Assembly (NCBI RefSeq): GCF_030144855.1
Contig: NC_082709.1
Coordinates: 33,108,001-33,172,000 of the forward strand
DNA from: Hypanus sabinus
Taxonomy: Eukaryota
DNA length: 64,000 nucleotides
Direction: 5' to 3'
Made by a program: the position numbers and the translations under genes. How positions within the stretch are numbered: the first letter of the stretch is position 1; the number at the start of each line of letters is the position of its first letter. The notes under the pieces were generated by a model. It worked only from the letters and a program-made list of their open reading frames with translations, was not told the origin of the DNA and ran no database searches. Shown here in pieces: positions 40,560 through 53,559 of this stretch.

Positions 40560-42520
40560 GGAACATAAGACGTAGAGGTAGAATTAGGCCATTTGGCCCA
40601 TTCAATCTGTTCTGCCATTCCACCTTGGCTGATTTAACCCCATTCCTCTGTCTCCTCCCTGTAACGTCTGGTGTCCTGTCAAATCAAGAACCTATCAATC
40701 TCTGCTTTAAAGTTACCTAATGACTTGGCTTCCACAGCCTTCAAAGGCAATACATTTCACAAATCCACCATCTTTTGGGAAAAGAAGTTCTTCCTCATAA
40801 TTGTGGTAAAGGAGACCACAGGCCACTGTTTCAGAAAACTAATGGAAATCTTGGTGAGAAAGGTAAAACTGAGAGGAAATGACCTGCATTCTTGAGTTGG
40901 GGAAAGGCAGCCCACCCATCCCAGACCAACGTTATGATGTAGTGGGAAGAGAAAATATTCAGGGGCCAATGCCAGAGGTTCTGCAACAAAACCTAGGTGC
41001 AGTGACTCTAAGTATTAACAACCGTAAGGGAAGGAAATGATAAAAAGATTTTACACAAGGGGAACATGGGGTGGGAGGTGAACTTCTTCACTCATGAGAT
41101 TGTGGAATGAGTTGCCAGAGCAAGGTGTGTATGTGAGCTCGATTCCAATATTTAAGAAAAGTTTGTAAGGTACATGGATGGTAGGGGAATGAAGGACTAT
41201 GGCTCCAGTGCAGTTTGAAGGGAGTAGGCAGTTTAAATGGCTTGGCACAGACTAGATGGGCTGAAGGGCCTGTTTCTGTGCTGTACTTTTCTATGACTGG
41301 GATATTATGGCCAAAGAGAATTCACTTTCAAATGCCATATTTTTAATTAACTGCATCCTTGCTCTCATTCGCTGCTCGATTTACTGTACTTCCTCACCCA
41401 TCTACAGACAATTTTTACCACTGCATGTTTCACACTGGCACTCATTCTCTTACTCAACTTAACGTGCTGTTGCAAACATCCCCCCACATTGCATAGCTCA
41501 TACTCAACGGGAGCCATTCAAATGACAACTCATGACAATAGCTTCATACTCAATGATGCATTTTCTTTTGAGGAAGATGAAACCACTTTTAGTAGGAATT
41601 AACCAGAATGGGCCAGGCATATCTACATGTTTTACCCCTTTAAAGAAGACTGTGCCAATCATACAGGGAATTGGAATCATTGATGTAGTGGCCCTGTAAA
41701 AATTGAGTAAAGGAAAAGACTTAAAGGAGAAACTGACAGGTTTATGGAATGGCCTGTTGGATGCCAGATGAAATATAATGTGAGATATGAAATGTTATAT
41801 TTTGGCAGGAAGAATGAGCGAAGATAGTATGAGATAAGAACGCATTTCTAAAAGGGGCACAAGAACCAAGAGATCAAAGCATTAATACGTATAAATCACT
41901 GAATATTGCAGGAGAAGTTAAGAATGTGGTTTAAGAAGCATATAGGAATCTGGGCTTATAAACACTTGCAGAGAGTGTGAGAGTAAAGAAGTTATAATGA
42001 AGCTTAATAAAACATCAGGTCAGTTATCACTAGAATATTGTGCCTCTCACTTTGAGAGTGATGGGAGGGCTTTGGAAAAGGTGCAGAGAGACTTCCTAAA
42101 ATGATTCCAGTTTGAGGGTCTTTGGCTCTGTGAATTGATTGAAGAAGCTAGTGTTGCTCTCAGAATCGTGGATGTTTAAAGGAAGTTTGATAAAGATACT
42201 TAAAATCATGAAGGATAAAAATAAGGTTGACAAGGAGAAATTGTTCTTATTAGTAGAGGAGTGAAGAAATAGTGGACAACAACTAAAGAATCAAAGTGAC
42301 ATTAAAAAACATCCTTGGGCAGGGTGAACAGATAGGGTCTGGAATGCACTGCTAAGGTATCGTAGTGGAAGAAGATTTAAATATAGCCTTTAATAGGGAT
42401 TATGATAAGTCTTTGCAGGACAATTGCAAGAGGGCAGTGGAGTGGGACATGCTTATTTAATCTTGTACAGCTCCCGGATGTACTTGATTGAATAAATGAC
42501 TGCCTTAGAGATGTGCTTTT
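40560..42520. mobile_element. Cluster of CR1 3' fragments (minus about 40560-40800; plus about 41030-41300 and 41690-42520)
   Basis: RKNFFSQK, LWNELP and tail motifs. Confidence 0.65.
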
Positions 42521-42607
42521 GTGATGATTGCCAGCACAAGTGAGTATAATGATCAGTATAACTGTGAAAACAACTATAATTCTTGCGTCATTCTGTCTAA
42601 TGGCCTG

Positions 42608-42824
42608 TGTGGTGAACTACATATACCTGTCTGGACACGCCCCCTGATGACTGCTCCTGTGGCTCCTCCCACAGACCCCGGTATAAAGGCTATTGAGGTC
42701 TGAGCCCGGCCTCTCAGTCTCCAGGATGTAGTATGGTGGTCACTCACTGCTCGTTCCTTCTTCCAGTCAATAAAAGCCGATATCTTGACTTCACGTCTCA
42801 GAGTGAGTTATTGATGGCACATCA
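42608..42824 (+). mobile_element. Solo LTR, same Gypsy family
   Basis: TGTGGTGAAC...CATCA with TSD GCCTG on both sides. Confidence 0.95.
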
Positions 42825-43171
42825 GCCTGTATCTCAGTTTTTTCTGTGGAGTATGCAGTGCCCACCAGAGTTCTAGATGCTACAGTGGAAGCTCCAGTTG
42901 CCACTCTAAAATGCAGACTGCTCTCATTGTAGTGTTAACTATCAGCATTCAAAGTGGCTTCCAGCAGCTCACAACCCACAGCATCATGTACTCCAGCAAA
43001 TTACTAGGATTACTGAGTCACTGGACGAGGAACATGATAGTGGGCCCCTTGACAGCATCTGTCCTGCCACACTTATGTGACTGACAGAGTCATAGAGCCA
43101 CTGCACTGACATTGGCCCCCAAATTTTTATCCTGCCTAGTCCCTTTGACCCATTCCTGGACCATACCCTCC

Positions 43172-43387
43172 TGATGCACCATCAATAACTCTTTCTGAGA
43201 CGTGAAGTCGAGATATCGGCTTTTATTGACTGGAAGAAAGAACAAGCAGTAGTTGACCACCATACTACATCCTGGAGAATGAGGGCCGGGCTCAGGTCTC
43301 AATCGCCTTTATACCGGGGTCTGTGGGAGGAGCCACAGGAGCAGTCATCAGGGGGCGTGTCCAGACAGGTATATGTAGTTCACCACA
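43172..43387 (-). mobile_element. Solo LTR, same Gypsy family (sense to PDE1A)
   Basis: Reverse-complement LTR copy with TSD CCTCC on both sides. Confidence 0.95.
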
Positions 43388-43404
43388 CCTCCATATCTTC
43401 CCAT

Positions 43405-45720
43405 TAGACCATTAGTCCTTAAGACAAAAGCAGAATTAGGCCACTTGGTCCATCAAGAACCCTGTTCTCCTGCTTTCTCCCTGTAGCCTTTGATGCCCTG
43501 TCTAACCAAAAATCTCTCAACCTCTACTTTAAAAATTCTCAATGACTTGGCCTCCACAGCCATCCATGGCAATCAATTCCACAGATTCACAACCTTCTCA
43601 TCTCAGTTCTAAATCGATGGCGCTCTCCTGAGGTTGTGCACTCTGGACTTAAACCTACCCGCTAGAGGAATCATCCTCTCCACATTCACTCTATCTAGGC
43701 CTTTCAATATCTGATAGGTTTCAATGAGTTCCCCCCTCTTTCTTGTAACCTCCAGAGTGTCCAAGTCCAGAGCCATCAAATGCTCCTCATAATTAACCCT
43801 TCCATCCCCAGAATCATTCTCATGAACCTCCTCTGATCCCTCACCAATGCCAGAATATCTTTTCTTAGATAAAGGGCCCAAAATTGCTCACAATGCTCCA
43901 AGGTCAGTTTGAACAGTGATTTATAAAGCCCCAGAATAACATCCTTACTCTTAGATACTAGTCCTCTTAAGATGAAAGCTGACATTGCGTTTCCCACTGA
44001 CTCAACCTGCAAGTTAACCTTTAGGGAATCCTGCACAAGGACTCCAAAGCCCCTTTGCACTTCTAATTTCCTCACCATTTAGAAAATGGTCAACACCTTT
44101 ATTCCTTCTACCAAAGTGCATGACTGTACACTTTCCTACACTAGATTCCATCTGTCACATCTTTGCCCATTCTCTTAAACTGTCCAAGTCTGCCATTTCT
44201 TTGTCCCCCAATATGACTTCTCCAGCATCATTTTCCAGTGGTCCAATACCCACTTTTGCCTCTCTTTTACTCTGTAAAATATTTTGGTATCGTCATTGAT
44301 ATGATTAGCTAGCTTACCTTCACATTTCATTTTTTTCTCTCCTTAGGGGTTTTTTTAGTTGCCTTCTGTTGGTTTTTAAATGTTCCCAATCCTCCAACTT
44401 CCAACTAATTGCTGCTATATTACATGCCCTCTCACTTGCTTTTGTGTTGTCTTTGACCTCCCTTGTCAGCCACCGTTGCTTCATTTTCCCTTGAGAAAAC
44501 TTAATCTTTAGGATGTATCTTTCCAAATTAATTCCAGAAACTGCAGCCATTGCTGTTCTGTCATCATCCCTGTGAGTGCCTCTGTAATTCCCTTTACTCC
44601 ATTGTAATACTGATACATCTGACTTTATCTTCTCCCTCTCAAACTGCAGGGTGAATGCTAACATGTTATGATCACTGCACCCCAAGTGTTCCTTTATGTT
44701 AAGATTCCTGATCAAATCTGGCTCATTACACAGAACCCATTCTAGAATCGCCTTCCCTCCAGTGGGATCAGCCACAAACTGCTCCAAAGAACCATCTCAT
44801 AGGCATTCTACAACTTTCTTCTCTTGGGATTCAGCATCACCCTGATTTTCCCAATCTACTTGCATATTGAAATCCCTCATGACTATCATAACATTGTCCT
44901 TATTATATGCCTTTTCTATTTCCCATTTTAATTTATATCCCACATTCCGGACACTCTTCAGAGGCCTGTTATATAACTCCCATTAGCATCCTTTAAAAAT
45001 TGTTGTTTCTTAACATTATCCATAACGATTCAATGTGTTCTGATCTTATGTAGTCTGCTTCGAAGGATTTGATTTCATTTTTTTACCAACTGAGCCACCC
45101 ATCCCCTCTGCCTTCTTGTCTGTCCTTTCAATACAATGTGTATCCTTAGATGTTAAGCTGCTAACTAAGATCTTCTTTCAGCCACTTCTCAGTGATGCGT
45201 GGCTATAATGTCATACCTGCCAGTCGCTAACTATGCTACAAGAACATCTCCCTTATACTGTATACTGTGTGCATTCAAATATAACACTTCCAGGTTAATA
45301 TTAAGAACATAGGAAATAGGAGCAGGAGTAGGCCATCTGGCCCATCAAGCCTGCTCCACCATTCAATATTTCCTTTTTGATCTTGCTCCCATGTTACACT
45401 TCTCTGCTTCCCACTGACTGCAATTTTGCTCTGTCATCTGCCTGTCCTTACTCACAGTCTCACTAGGCACTGCATCGACTTGTACACCAACTGCTCCACC
45501 TTCACTCCCATCACTCCAGTTCCCATCCCTTCGCCATCTTAGCCAACAGCTCTTCCCTTCCCCAACAGCTCTGCTTTGGAAAACCTATCCACAAAGATAT
45601 TGATCCTTCTTGGGTTCAGGGGTAACCTGGTCTTATTGTACATATCATATCTTACCCCAGGAGGGACCAGATGATCCAGAAATCTGAAACCCTGCCCCTT
45701 ACACCACCTCCTCAGCCACT
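43405..45720 (-). mobile_element. CR1 LINE with internal deletions, plus a roughly 60-bp CR1 tail inserted near 45303-45364
   Basis: Endonuclease HLGCSDHNML, RT C-terminal motifs and tail. The short insert is flanked by AATATT. Confidence 0.85.
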
Positions 45721-45734
45721 CATATACTTACACA

Positions 45735-46630
45735 CATTTCTCTTAAGTGTTGAGATCATACCTGCATCCATCACTTCCACTGACAGCTTGTTCCACACTT
45801 GCACCTCAATCTATTTGAAGAAGATCTCCCTTAAACATTTCATCTTTCACCTTTAACCTATGTCTCACCCAACCTCGTGTGTGTAAAGTCTGCTTGTATT
45901 TACCCAATCTATTCCCGTTAGTCTTATGTACATCTAACCATTCTCTCCTTATTTTCCTACACTCCTGGGAATAAAATCTGGACCTACTCAACTTTTCTGT
46001 ATAATTCAGGTCTGCAAGTCCTGGCAACATCCTTATAATTTTTTTCTGTATTCTTTAAATATTATTGATACACCTGCTTTTTAATGAGAAATATATTAAT
46101 AAATCTTGAACAAAAGGGGATAATTATACCCATTTGTCCATCCGTTGAGATGCTCTCACAACCAGTGATCTCACTTTAATGTTTCTTTATCTTGTTATTT
46201 CACGTTCTCTCTATTTACTGCTATTTATTTATATTTGTTGTCTTGATCGTACATTGACCCTGTTGTAGTTATGATTCTATAGACTTGCTGAGTATGCCCA
46301 CAGGGAAATGAATCTCAGGGTTGTATGTGGTGGCATATATATACTCTGATAATAAAATTCTATTTGTACTTTGAACTTTGAACATCAACATACTATCCCA
46401 ACTCCTGCACTCAATACTTCGATTTATAAAGGCCAATGTGCCAAAAGCTGTTCTTACAACTCAGTCTACCTGTGCCACCATTTTCAATGAATTATAGATT
46501 TGTATTCCCAGACCTCTTTGTTACAAGCATTCATTAGTGTCCTTGCGTTCACTTTGAGTGTCCTACTCTGGCTTGTCCTCCCAATGTGCAACACCTCACA
46601 TTTGTCTGTATTAAATTTTATCTGCCATCA
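45735..46630 (-). mobile_element. CR1 3' fragment interrupted by a LINE tail (about 46130-46385)
   Basis: MLPGL..LNY.EKL motif; the insert ends in (ACTTTGA)n. Confidence 0.6.
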
Positions 46631-46759
46631 GTCCTCTAAAAAATCAAGTGGGATACTTGTGTAAAATGCTTTACAAATAGAATTTTGCAGTTTCTCCTAT
46701 AACGTCTTCAAATGAATTAAAGGAAATATATTATAATATATCTTTAATGTGACTATCAT

Positions 46760-46935
46760 TTAGGCCTCCATTAGTCTCGATAAACCAGGGATTTGCACCT
46801 TGAAAACCTTGCAAGGTTTTGTTGTATGGAAGACCGGCAGTTGCCCAAGCTGCAAGTCTCCCCTCTCCAAGCCACCAATGTTGTCCAAGGGAAGGGCATT
46901 AGTTAACCATCGGCTCAACTGTATTGCGCAAGTCC
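46760..46935 (+). mobile_element. Possible RTE-related short retroposon head
   Basis: GGCAGTTGCCCAAGCTGCAAGTCTCCCCCTCTCC...GTTGTCCAAGGGAAGGGCA; recognition from memory only. Confidence 0.35.
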
Positions 46936-47949
46936 TGCTTCTCAGTTGAAAGTTATAAATTTTCTCCCTGCACTTCATGAGATAATGTTTGATTCTACAA
47001 TGCAGTATTGAGGGAGGACTGCACTGTTGTCTGCACTATTCAGATACAGTTCCTCTTCAAATCATGACAATGGCAAGATTTAATTAAAATTAATATAGTT
47101 AAAGATGAAGCACTATTGCACATGCACATCTGGTATTCTGGCCAGGATTTCTTCCCCCTCCAAAGCAAGTGGTGAGCAGATTAGTCACTTAATTTATTCC
47201 TTTCCTTGTAGGCATAATTTTGGTCTACACAAATCTGCATTATAATAAAATATGCTCTGTTCCATTCTGAGGATAAAAGGCATTATAAAAATATACTAAA
47301 CCTTTTCCTCCTGTTCCAGAGCATATTTAATTCCTCCCTGGGATATTTCTTGCATTTGTGACATTAAGCAAATAATGTAATACTATCGGTGCTGTCACCT
47401 CCAATAATTGCAGCACCGCTGACTATACTCTTAAGGCGAGAGGTCATAGCAAATGCAACATTCTTTAAAATGGAATATGAATTTTCATTTAGAAATGCAT
47501 GAAGTATTTTAAATCCCAAGTCTTTCGATAGTGCTAAATGAATATCAAAACAACACCTGTGTGACACGCTTTAGCAACTCAATGAGATTCTTGTGAGTCA
47601 TAGCAGAGTCATGAAGCAATTATCATCATGAATGCTAAAGAGGAATTTTTGCCACGACATAAATCAGCATTAAGCGCTGAAAATAACAGTTGGTGAAATT
47701 GGTATTCACATTTTGCATTTAAAATTTCCTGTTTGGTTTTCTTTCTTGTCTGCCTGTCCAGTTTCTGTCCTTTTGTTTATTCTGTGCAAGATTCCTATGA
47801 TCTTAGAAAGCGAGTATGTGATATGATTTCATGAAATTGCTCATACAATATTCCATCCACCCAATGTATGGTGCATGAGATCAGTAAGGCTAAAATCACC
47901 CTCCTACCTGTTCAGGTGCTCATTTTCCAGACCTTATGGAAAAGTTCGT

Positions 47950-49220
47950 AAAATATTGGAGGAACACAGCAAGTCAGGCAGCATCTCTGGAGGGCAACAA
48001 ACAGTCGATGCTTCAGGCTGTGATCATTCATCAGAACTGGAAAGGAAGGAGGGAGAAGCCAGAACAGGAAGGTGGAGGAGGGGAAGGAGTACAAACTGGC
48101 AGGTAATAGGGAGATCAGATGAGGGTGCTCAGGTGGGGGTGCGGAGGGGAGAATGAAGTAAGAAGCTGCAGAAGAAGGAATCTGATAAGGAAAGAACAGC
48201 AGACCATGGAAGAAAGGGAAGGAAGAGGGGAACCAGAGAGAGGTGATGGGCAGGTAAGGAGAAGAGAAGGGGTGAGAGGGTAACTAGAATGAGGAATGGA
48301 AAAAGAGACCAAGGAGGGAGGGGTAAAATTACCGGAGGTAACAGAAATCACTACCCAGATGGAATATGAGGTGTTGCTCCTTCAACATGAATGTGACCTC
48401 ATTGTATCAGTAGCGGAAGTGATGCACAGACATGTCAGAATGGGAATGAAAAGTTGAATTGAAATGGTTGACACCAAGAGATACTGCCTTTTGAGGTGGT
48501 CAGAGTGAAGGTGCTTGTCAAAGCACTTCCCTGATCCGCATCAGGTCTCGCCAATGTAGAGGAGCCACAACTGGAGCAGCAGAGATGGTGAAAGTTACAG
48601 AGAATGATGTGCTGCATATGGATGCTCAAGGGGTGGTAGGTAAGGACAAGGGGAAACATATCCACGTTAAGGTGATGGGAGGATGTGTTGAGGATAGATT
48701 ATGTGGGAAATGGAGGAGATGCTAGTGAGGACAGCATCAATGCTGGTGGAAAGGAACATCTATTCTTTGAAAAAAGGGGACATTTCAGATATTTTCAAAT
48801 GGAAAGCCAAATCCTGAGAACAGATGGGGTGGAAATGGAGCATCACTGCATCTATTTTCAGACCTTCTCTTAATTGCTCTGCTTTTGTAGGGATAGTTCT
48901 CCACGTGACTCCCGTGTCCACTTCTCCGTCCTGACTAATTATTCTCCAGGCACTTGTTCCTGCAAGTGTGACAAGTGCTACACCGACACCTCTTCCATCA
49001 CCTCTAGTCAGGGCCTCAAACAACCTCTCCAGGTGAGGCAGCACTTCACTGGCGAGTCTGTTATTCTGGCTTCTTCCCCCTTCCTGTCCAGTATTACTGA
49101 AAGGTCTCAGCCTGACATGTCAACTGTTTATTTCTCTCCATCAACGATGCCTGACTTGCTGAGTTCCTCAAGTGTCTTGTGTGTGTTGCACAATATTTCC
49201 AGCATCTGCAGAATCTCTTG
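47950..49220. mobile_element. Penelope-like element (minus, about 47950-48845) with an inverted partial copy (plus, about 48845-49220)
   Basis: PLVLTYHP motif, purine-rich body, and hammerhead remnants plus terminal motifs at both outer ends. Confidence 0.8.
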
Positions 49221-49974
49221 CTCTGTGGAAATATCAGCATTTTTTTCATGTTATTGCTGAAGTTTTCCCACATAAATGTCCCTAATTTTGGAACTTCTGT
49301 GCGAGACTACAAGTTTCAAAATTGCCATCAGCCAGTTATGGATATTTTTGAACAGTTTATCTCCATAAATGACAATTTCATTCGGTGGGTCTGTTTAAAC
49401 AACGTGTAGCAGGAATGAATTCCCTATTTATTTCAATAGAGGGTACAGCCACTGAGACTGAATGAGAGTGGCAATGTAATTATATTCAAAAATAAATGTT
49501 TTTAAGTCTTTTTTCTTTACCTTTTTAATTTTTATCAAGTTAATTAACTTTTAGTAGATCTTATGTGCTGAGTAAGCTGGAAGAATGCATCTGTGTCAGT
49601 GGGTCCTGTTCTGTTCTGCTCACCTATGGCATTAATGGTGAAAGAACCTGTCCCTGTACAGGATGTCATTGCAATGGATGGAGCTAGTCTCTCTCTCTCT
49701 CTTCACATTCATACTAGGAAATTATGTGAGCTAATTCCAATTCTTTTTCATTGTACAGTGGTGTTTATCTCATTGTGGACTAAAAAATTCTAGGGCGATA
49801 TTTCTTTACTGTAAAGGAACTGAAGTTGGAACCTCTCAAATGAAACGTTAACTAACATCATACCAATGCAGTCAAGAGCATTATAACAAAGCTGTCATGC
49901 TCCTTATGTTGCCTCTAGGCATCTGGCTTTATTTTCTATCATAAGACTTCACTTCAACCTTTTTGCCATAATTC

Positions 49975-51045
49975 AATACCCTACAATTCAATACCACAAT
50001 TCCTAGCAAACTCCTAGACATGGAACTCAACCCCTTTCTTTGAAAATAAATCCTTGATTTCCTGATCAGAAGACCCCAATCAACAAGGACAGGCCAGAAC
50101 AGCACTGTCACAATTATTCTCAACACAGGTATCCTAGAGTCTGTGTCCTCAGCCCCTTATTTACTCCCTATACAATCACAAAAGCGTGGCTAGGTTCCAT
50201 TCTAACTCCATCTACAAGTTTGCGAGTGATACCTCTACAGTAGGCCAGATCTCAAATAACAATGAGTTAGAGTACAGGAAGGAGATTGATAGCCTAGAGA
50301 CAACATGTCATGACGACAACATTTCCCTGAAAGTTAGCCAAACAAAGAGCTAATCATTGACTTCAAGATGGGTATATGTTCATGTTTATATTAACAGTGC
50401 TGTGGTGAAGATGGTTGAGAGCTCCAAGTTCTTCAGTGCAAACATCACTAATATCCTGTCTGGTCCTACGCAGATACCATGGATAAGAAAGTGCACCAGG
50501 GTCTCTCCTTCCTCAGGAGACTAAGGGAATTTCACATAGATGTAGATAGAAGGCATCATATCTGAATGCATTACACCTTAGTATAGTAACCGCTCTGCCT
50601 CTGGACTTCAAGAAATTGCAGAGAGTTGGGAACATTGCTCAGCACATTTTGAAAACCAGCCTCCCCTCCACTGCCTCAGGAAAGCAGCCAACATAATCAA
50701 AGACCATTCCCACCCAGAATATTCTTTCTTCTACCCCTTCCTATGGAGCAGAACATACAAAAACTGAAAGCATTTATCACCAAGCTGAAAGACAACTTCT
50801 ATTCCTCTGTTACAAGACTATTGAATGTTTACTGGTATGATAAGTTGGACCCTTAAGATTATTATTGACCTTGTTATAACCTTGCTTCTTATTGCACTGT
50901 ACTTTCTCCACACCAGGTTCCATTATTGCTTTTACCCTATAGTACCCCATTGGATAGACGATGAAGTGATTTGTATTGATGTCATGCAAAACAATATTTT
51001 TCACTCTACCTTGTTACTCATGACAATAATAAAACAATTACCAAT
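49975..51045 (+). mobile_element. Rex1/Babar-like LINE fragment
   Basis: Decayed AFNTI, CVLSP and YKFA motifs with the family 3' region. Confidence 0.7.
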
Positions 51046-51069
51046 TGCAAGTAACTATGTACAGAAAGA

Positions 51070-51400
51070 CAGACTGGTGTTTTATCCAGAGCCTTGGGAC
51101 CTCAAAGAACTTTCCAGCCAATGAAGTACTTTTTAATTTGCAATTATGCTTCAATACTGGAAACACAGCAGGTGATGTACACAGCAAGAACCCACAAACA
51201 ACTCTAAGATCATCATCAGCTACTTCTTCTGTGATATTGACTGAGGATTGATGCCAGAATGTCAAAGGATATCAGGACATCAAAGTAATCCACCTCCTCC
51301 TCTTTATAGTGACACCAGAGGTTGGGATATCATCCAAAAGATGGCCTATTCAGCAGTGCAGCACTTCCTTAGTCTTGTAGTAAAGTATTCAGAGAGCTTG
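51070..51400. mobile_element. Ancient Deu-domain-type SINE relic
   Basis: CAGCCAATGAAGTACTTTT...AAAGATGGC...CAGTGCAGCACTTCCTTAGT, similar to 5180-5500. Confidence 0.4.
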
Positions 51401-51904
51401 GTGTAAGTTGGGCATGAGGATGCTGGGGAGGGGAGTGGTCGAAATTACATGGTTGGTCTTGGGAATGGAAATGCCCTACAAATATGGGTGCAAAAACTTC
51501 CACTAAAAGAGGGACAAGAACATCTTTTGTATTCTTAAAGTCAATCAAAATCCATTGACAGGTTGACCTCAACTCCACTGCAAAGAGGAGCTTAGGAAAC
51601 AGCCGAGTGAGCAGAAAATTGATTTTTGAATTTGTGACCCCCCCCCCCCCACGCTTTTAAATCAGGTGCAATTTCACCTGTATGAAGAGGAAGAAAATAG
51701 GAGGCATTCTGCCCTTCTAGCCTGCTTTCTCATTCAATATTTATGATTAATCCTCTACTTCATAAATGTACTAGCAAGAGGAATTCAATACTATCAAGAG
51801 AAATCAAGAACTATACAAGATGTCCGGGTACAAGCTATGGGATGCCATATTAAGAGCAAGAAAGCAATTCTGATTGAAGTTAGAGACAGAATTGGATGTA
51901 CATC

Positions 51905-53090
51905 AGCTCTGGGTTTGCAGGTCCTCAAGGATACCTACTGCTCTACTCTCTCTAAACCCATGATTCTGTGGCTAGGCACAGTTCAAATGCCATCTATAAA
52001 TTTGCTTATGACTCATCTATGGTTGGCAGCATTTCACATGGTGATGAGGAGACATAAAGGAGTGAGATTTATCACCTGGTTGAGCTGTGCTGCAGTACCA
52101 ACTTTGCACTCAACATCAGTAAGACTAAGGAACCAAAGAATTAATTGTGGACTTCAGGAATTGGCAACTGAGGGAATACACAGCAGTCCTCTTTGAGGGA
52201 TCAGCAGCAGAAAGAGTGAGCAGTTTCAATTGTCAACATCTCTAAAGATCTATCCTGAGCCCAACATATTGATGAAATTACAAAGAAGGCACAACAGCAG
52301 CTATAGAAAATTTCATTAGGAGTTTGAGGAGACTTGGTATGTCACCAAACACTCTCGTAAATTTCTATAGATGTACCAGGGAGAGCATTCTAACTGGTTG
52401 CCTCACCACCTGGTACGGAGGGCCCACTGCACAGGATTGGAAACAGCTGAGCAAAATTGCTGACTGAGCCAGCTCCATTATGGGCAGTAGCTTTCCCAGC
52501 ATCAAGGACATCTTCAACAGGCAGTCTCAAAAAGACAGCATGCATCAATAAGGAGGTCCATCACACATGACATGCCCTCTTCTCTTTGCTACGATCTAGG
52601 AGGAGATACAGGAGACTAAAGGCACACAGTCAACATTTTAGGAAGAGCTTCTTACCCTATGCCATCAAATTTCTGAATGGAACATGAACCAAAGAACACA
52701 ACTTCACTACTTTTTTCCCCTTTTATTTGCTCTGTGTGCAGCATTTATTTAATTTAATCATATATATTGCTTATTGTAATTTACAGTTTCTTTTATTATT
52801 GCAATGTACTGCTACTGCAAAACAAATAATTTTATGACATATGCCAGTGATATTAAATTTGTTTCTGATTCTGAATTCTTAACATCACAATCTATCTTGT
52901 CATAGTCATTGCACCGTAATACCTATCAACACTACAATTTCTCTGTAACTGTTACACTATATTCTGCATTCTGTTATTGCTTTTACCTTGTATTACCTCT
53001 ATATACTTATGATTTGAAATTATCTGAATAGATGGCATGCAAAACAAAATTTTCATTGCATTTCAGTACACGTGACAATAATAAGCCATT
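51905..53090 (+). mobile_element. Rex1/Babar-like LINE fragment(s)
   Basis: KKAQQQL, SLRRLGMSPNTL, ESILTGC and TCTGATTCTGA tail. Confidence 0.75.
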
Positions 53091-53441
53091 TACAAGTAAG
53101 AAGATGTACAGCCTACATATTACCTAATATGGCTACTATAAGGAGCAATTGATTCTTTTTATCAGTGCAGCAGTATCCTGATTTACAAGTTTAACACGAT
53201 GTTCAAAATAAATATCAATCTCAATCAAATAAATTTGGGCATTTTCTAGTTTTAAATTCCGGCCTCGCTACAATTACTGTTAGGCATCTTCCATATGAAT
53301 GAGCAATAACCACATCAAAGAAAGTGGTCGATATTTACACTGCAATTAAGTTTTACATATTTCTTCAATCTGATTTAAATTGTTGTCACTTAAAAGCACA
53401 AACAATTGCCAAGAATATTGTTGAAAAAATACCATACAAAC

Positions 53442-53559
53442 CTTTGTCGTTGAAATTCAGTCTCAGATTGAGAAGCTTCCTCTATAAGAGGTGTTATTAT
53501 TTTTTCAGCTATATCTGTCAGAACAGAGAAGGTTGGTTCCACAATAAAATCAATAAAAC
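53442..53559 (-). CDS. PDE1A: PDE1A-like coding exon, end of the PDEase catalytic domain: (G)FIDFIVEPTFSVLTDIAEKIITPLIEEASQSETEFQRQ(S)
   Basis: GFIDFIVEPTF is the PDE1 signature after the invariant Gln. Acceptor ccaccag|GT and donor AAAG|gtttgt. 118 bp, phase 1 to phase 2, joining the next exon in frame (AG+T = Ser). Confidence 0.93.

Noticed and set aside
42608-43387. A DNA transposon or DIRS-like element with long terminal inverted repeats
   Set aside because: Each arm has its own distinct 5-bp TSD and matches the Gypsy LTR, so these are two separate solo LTRs.
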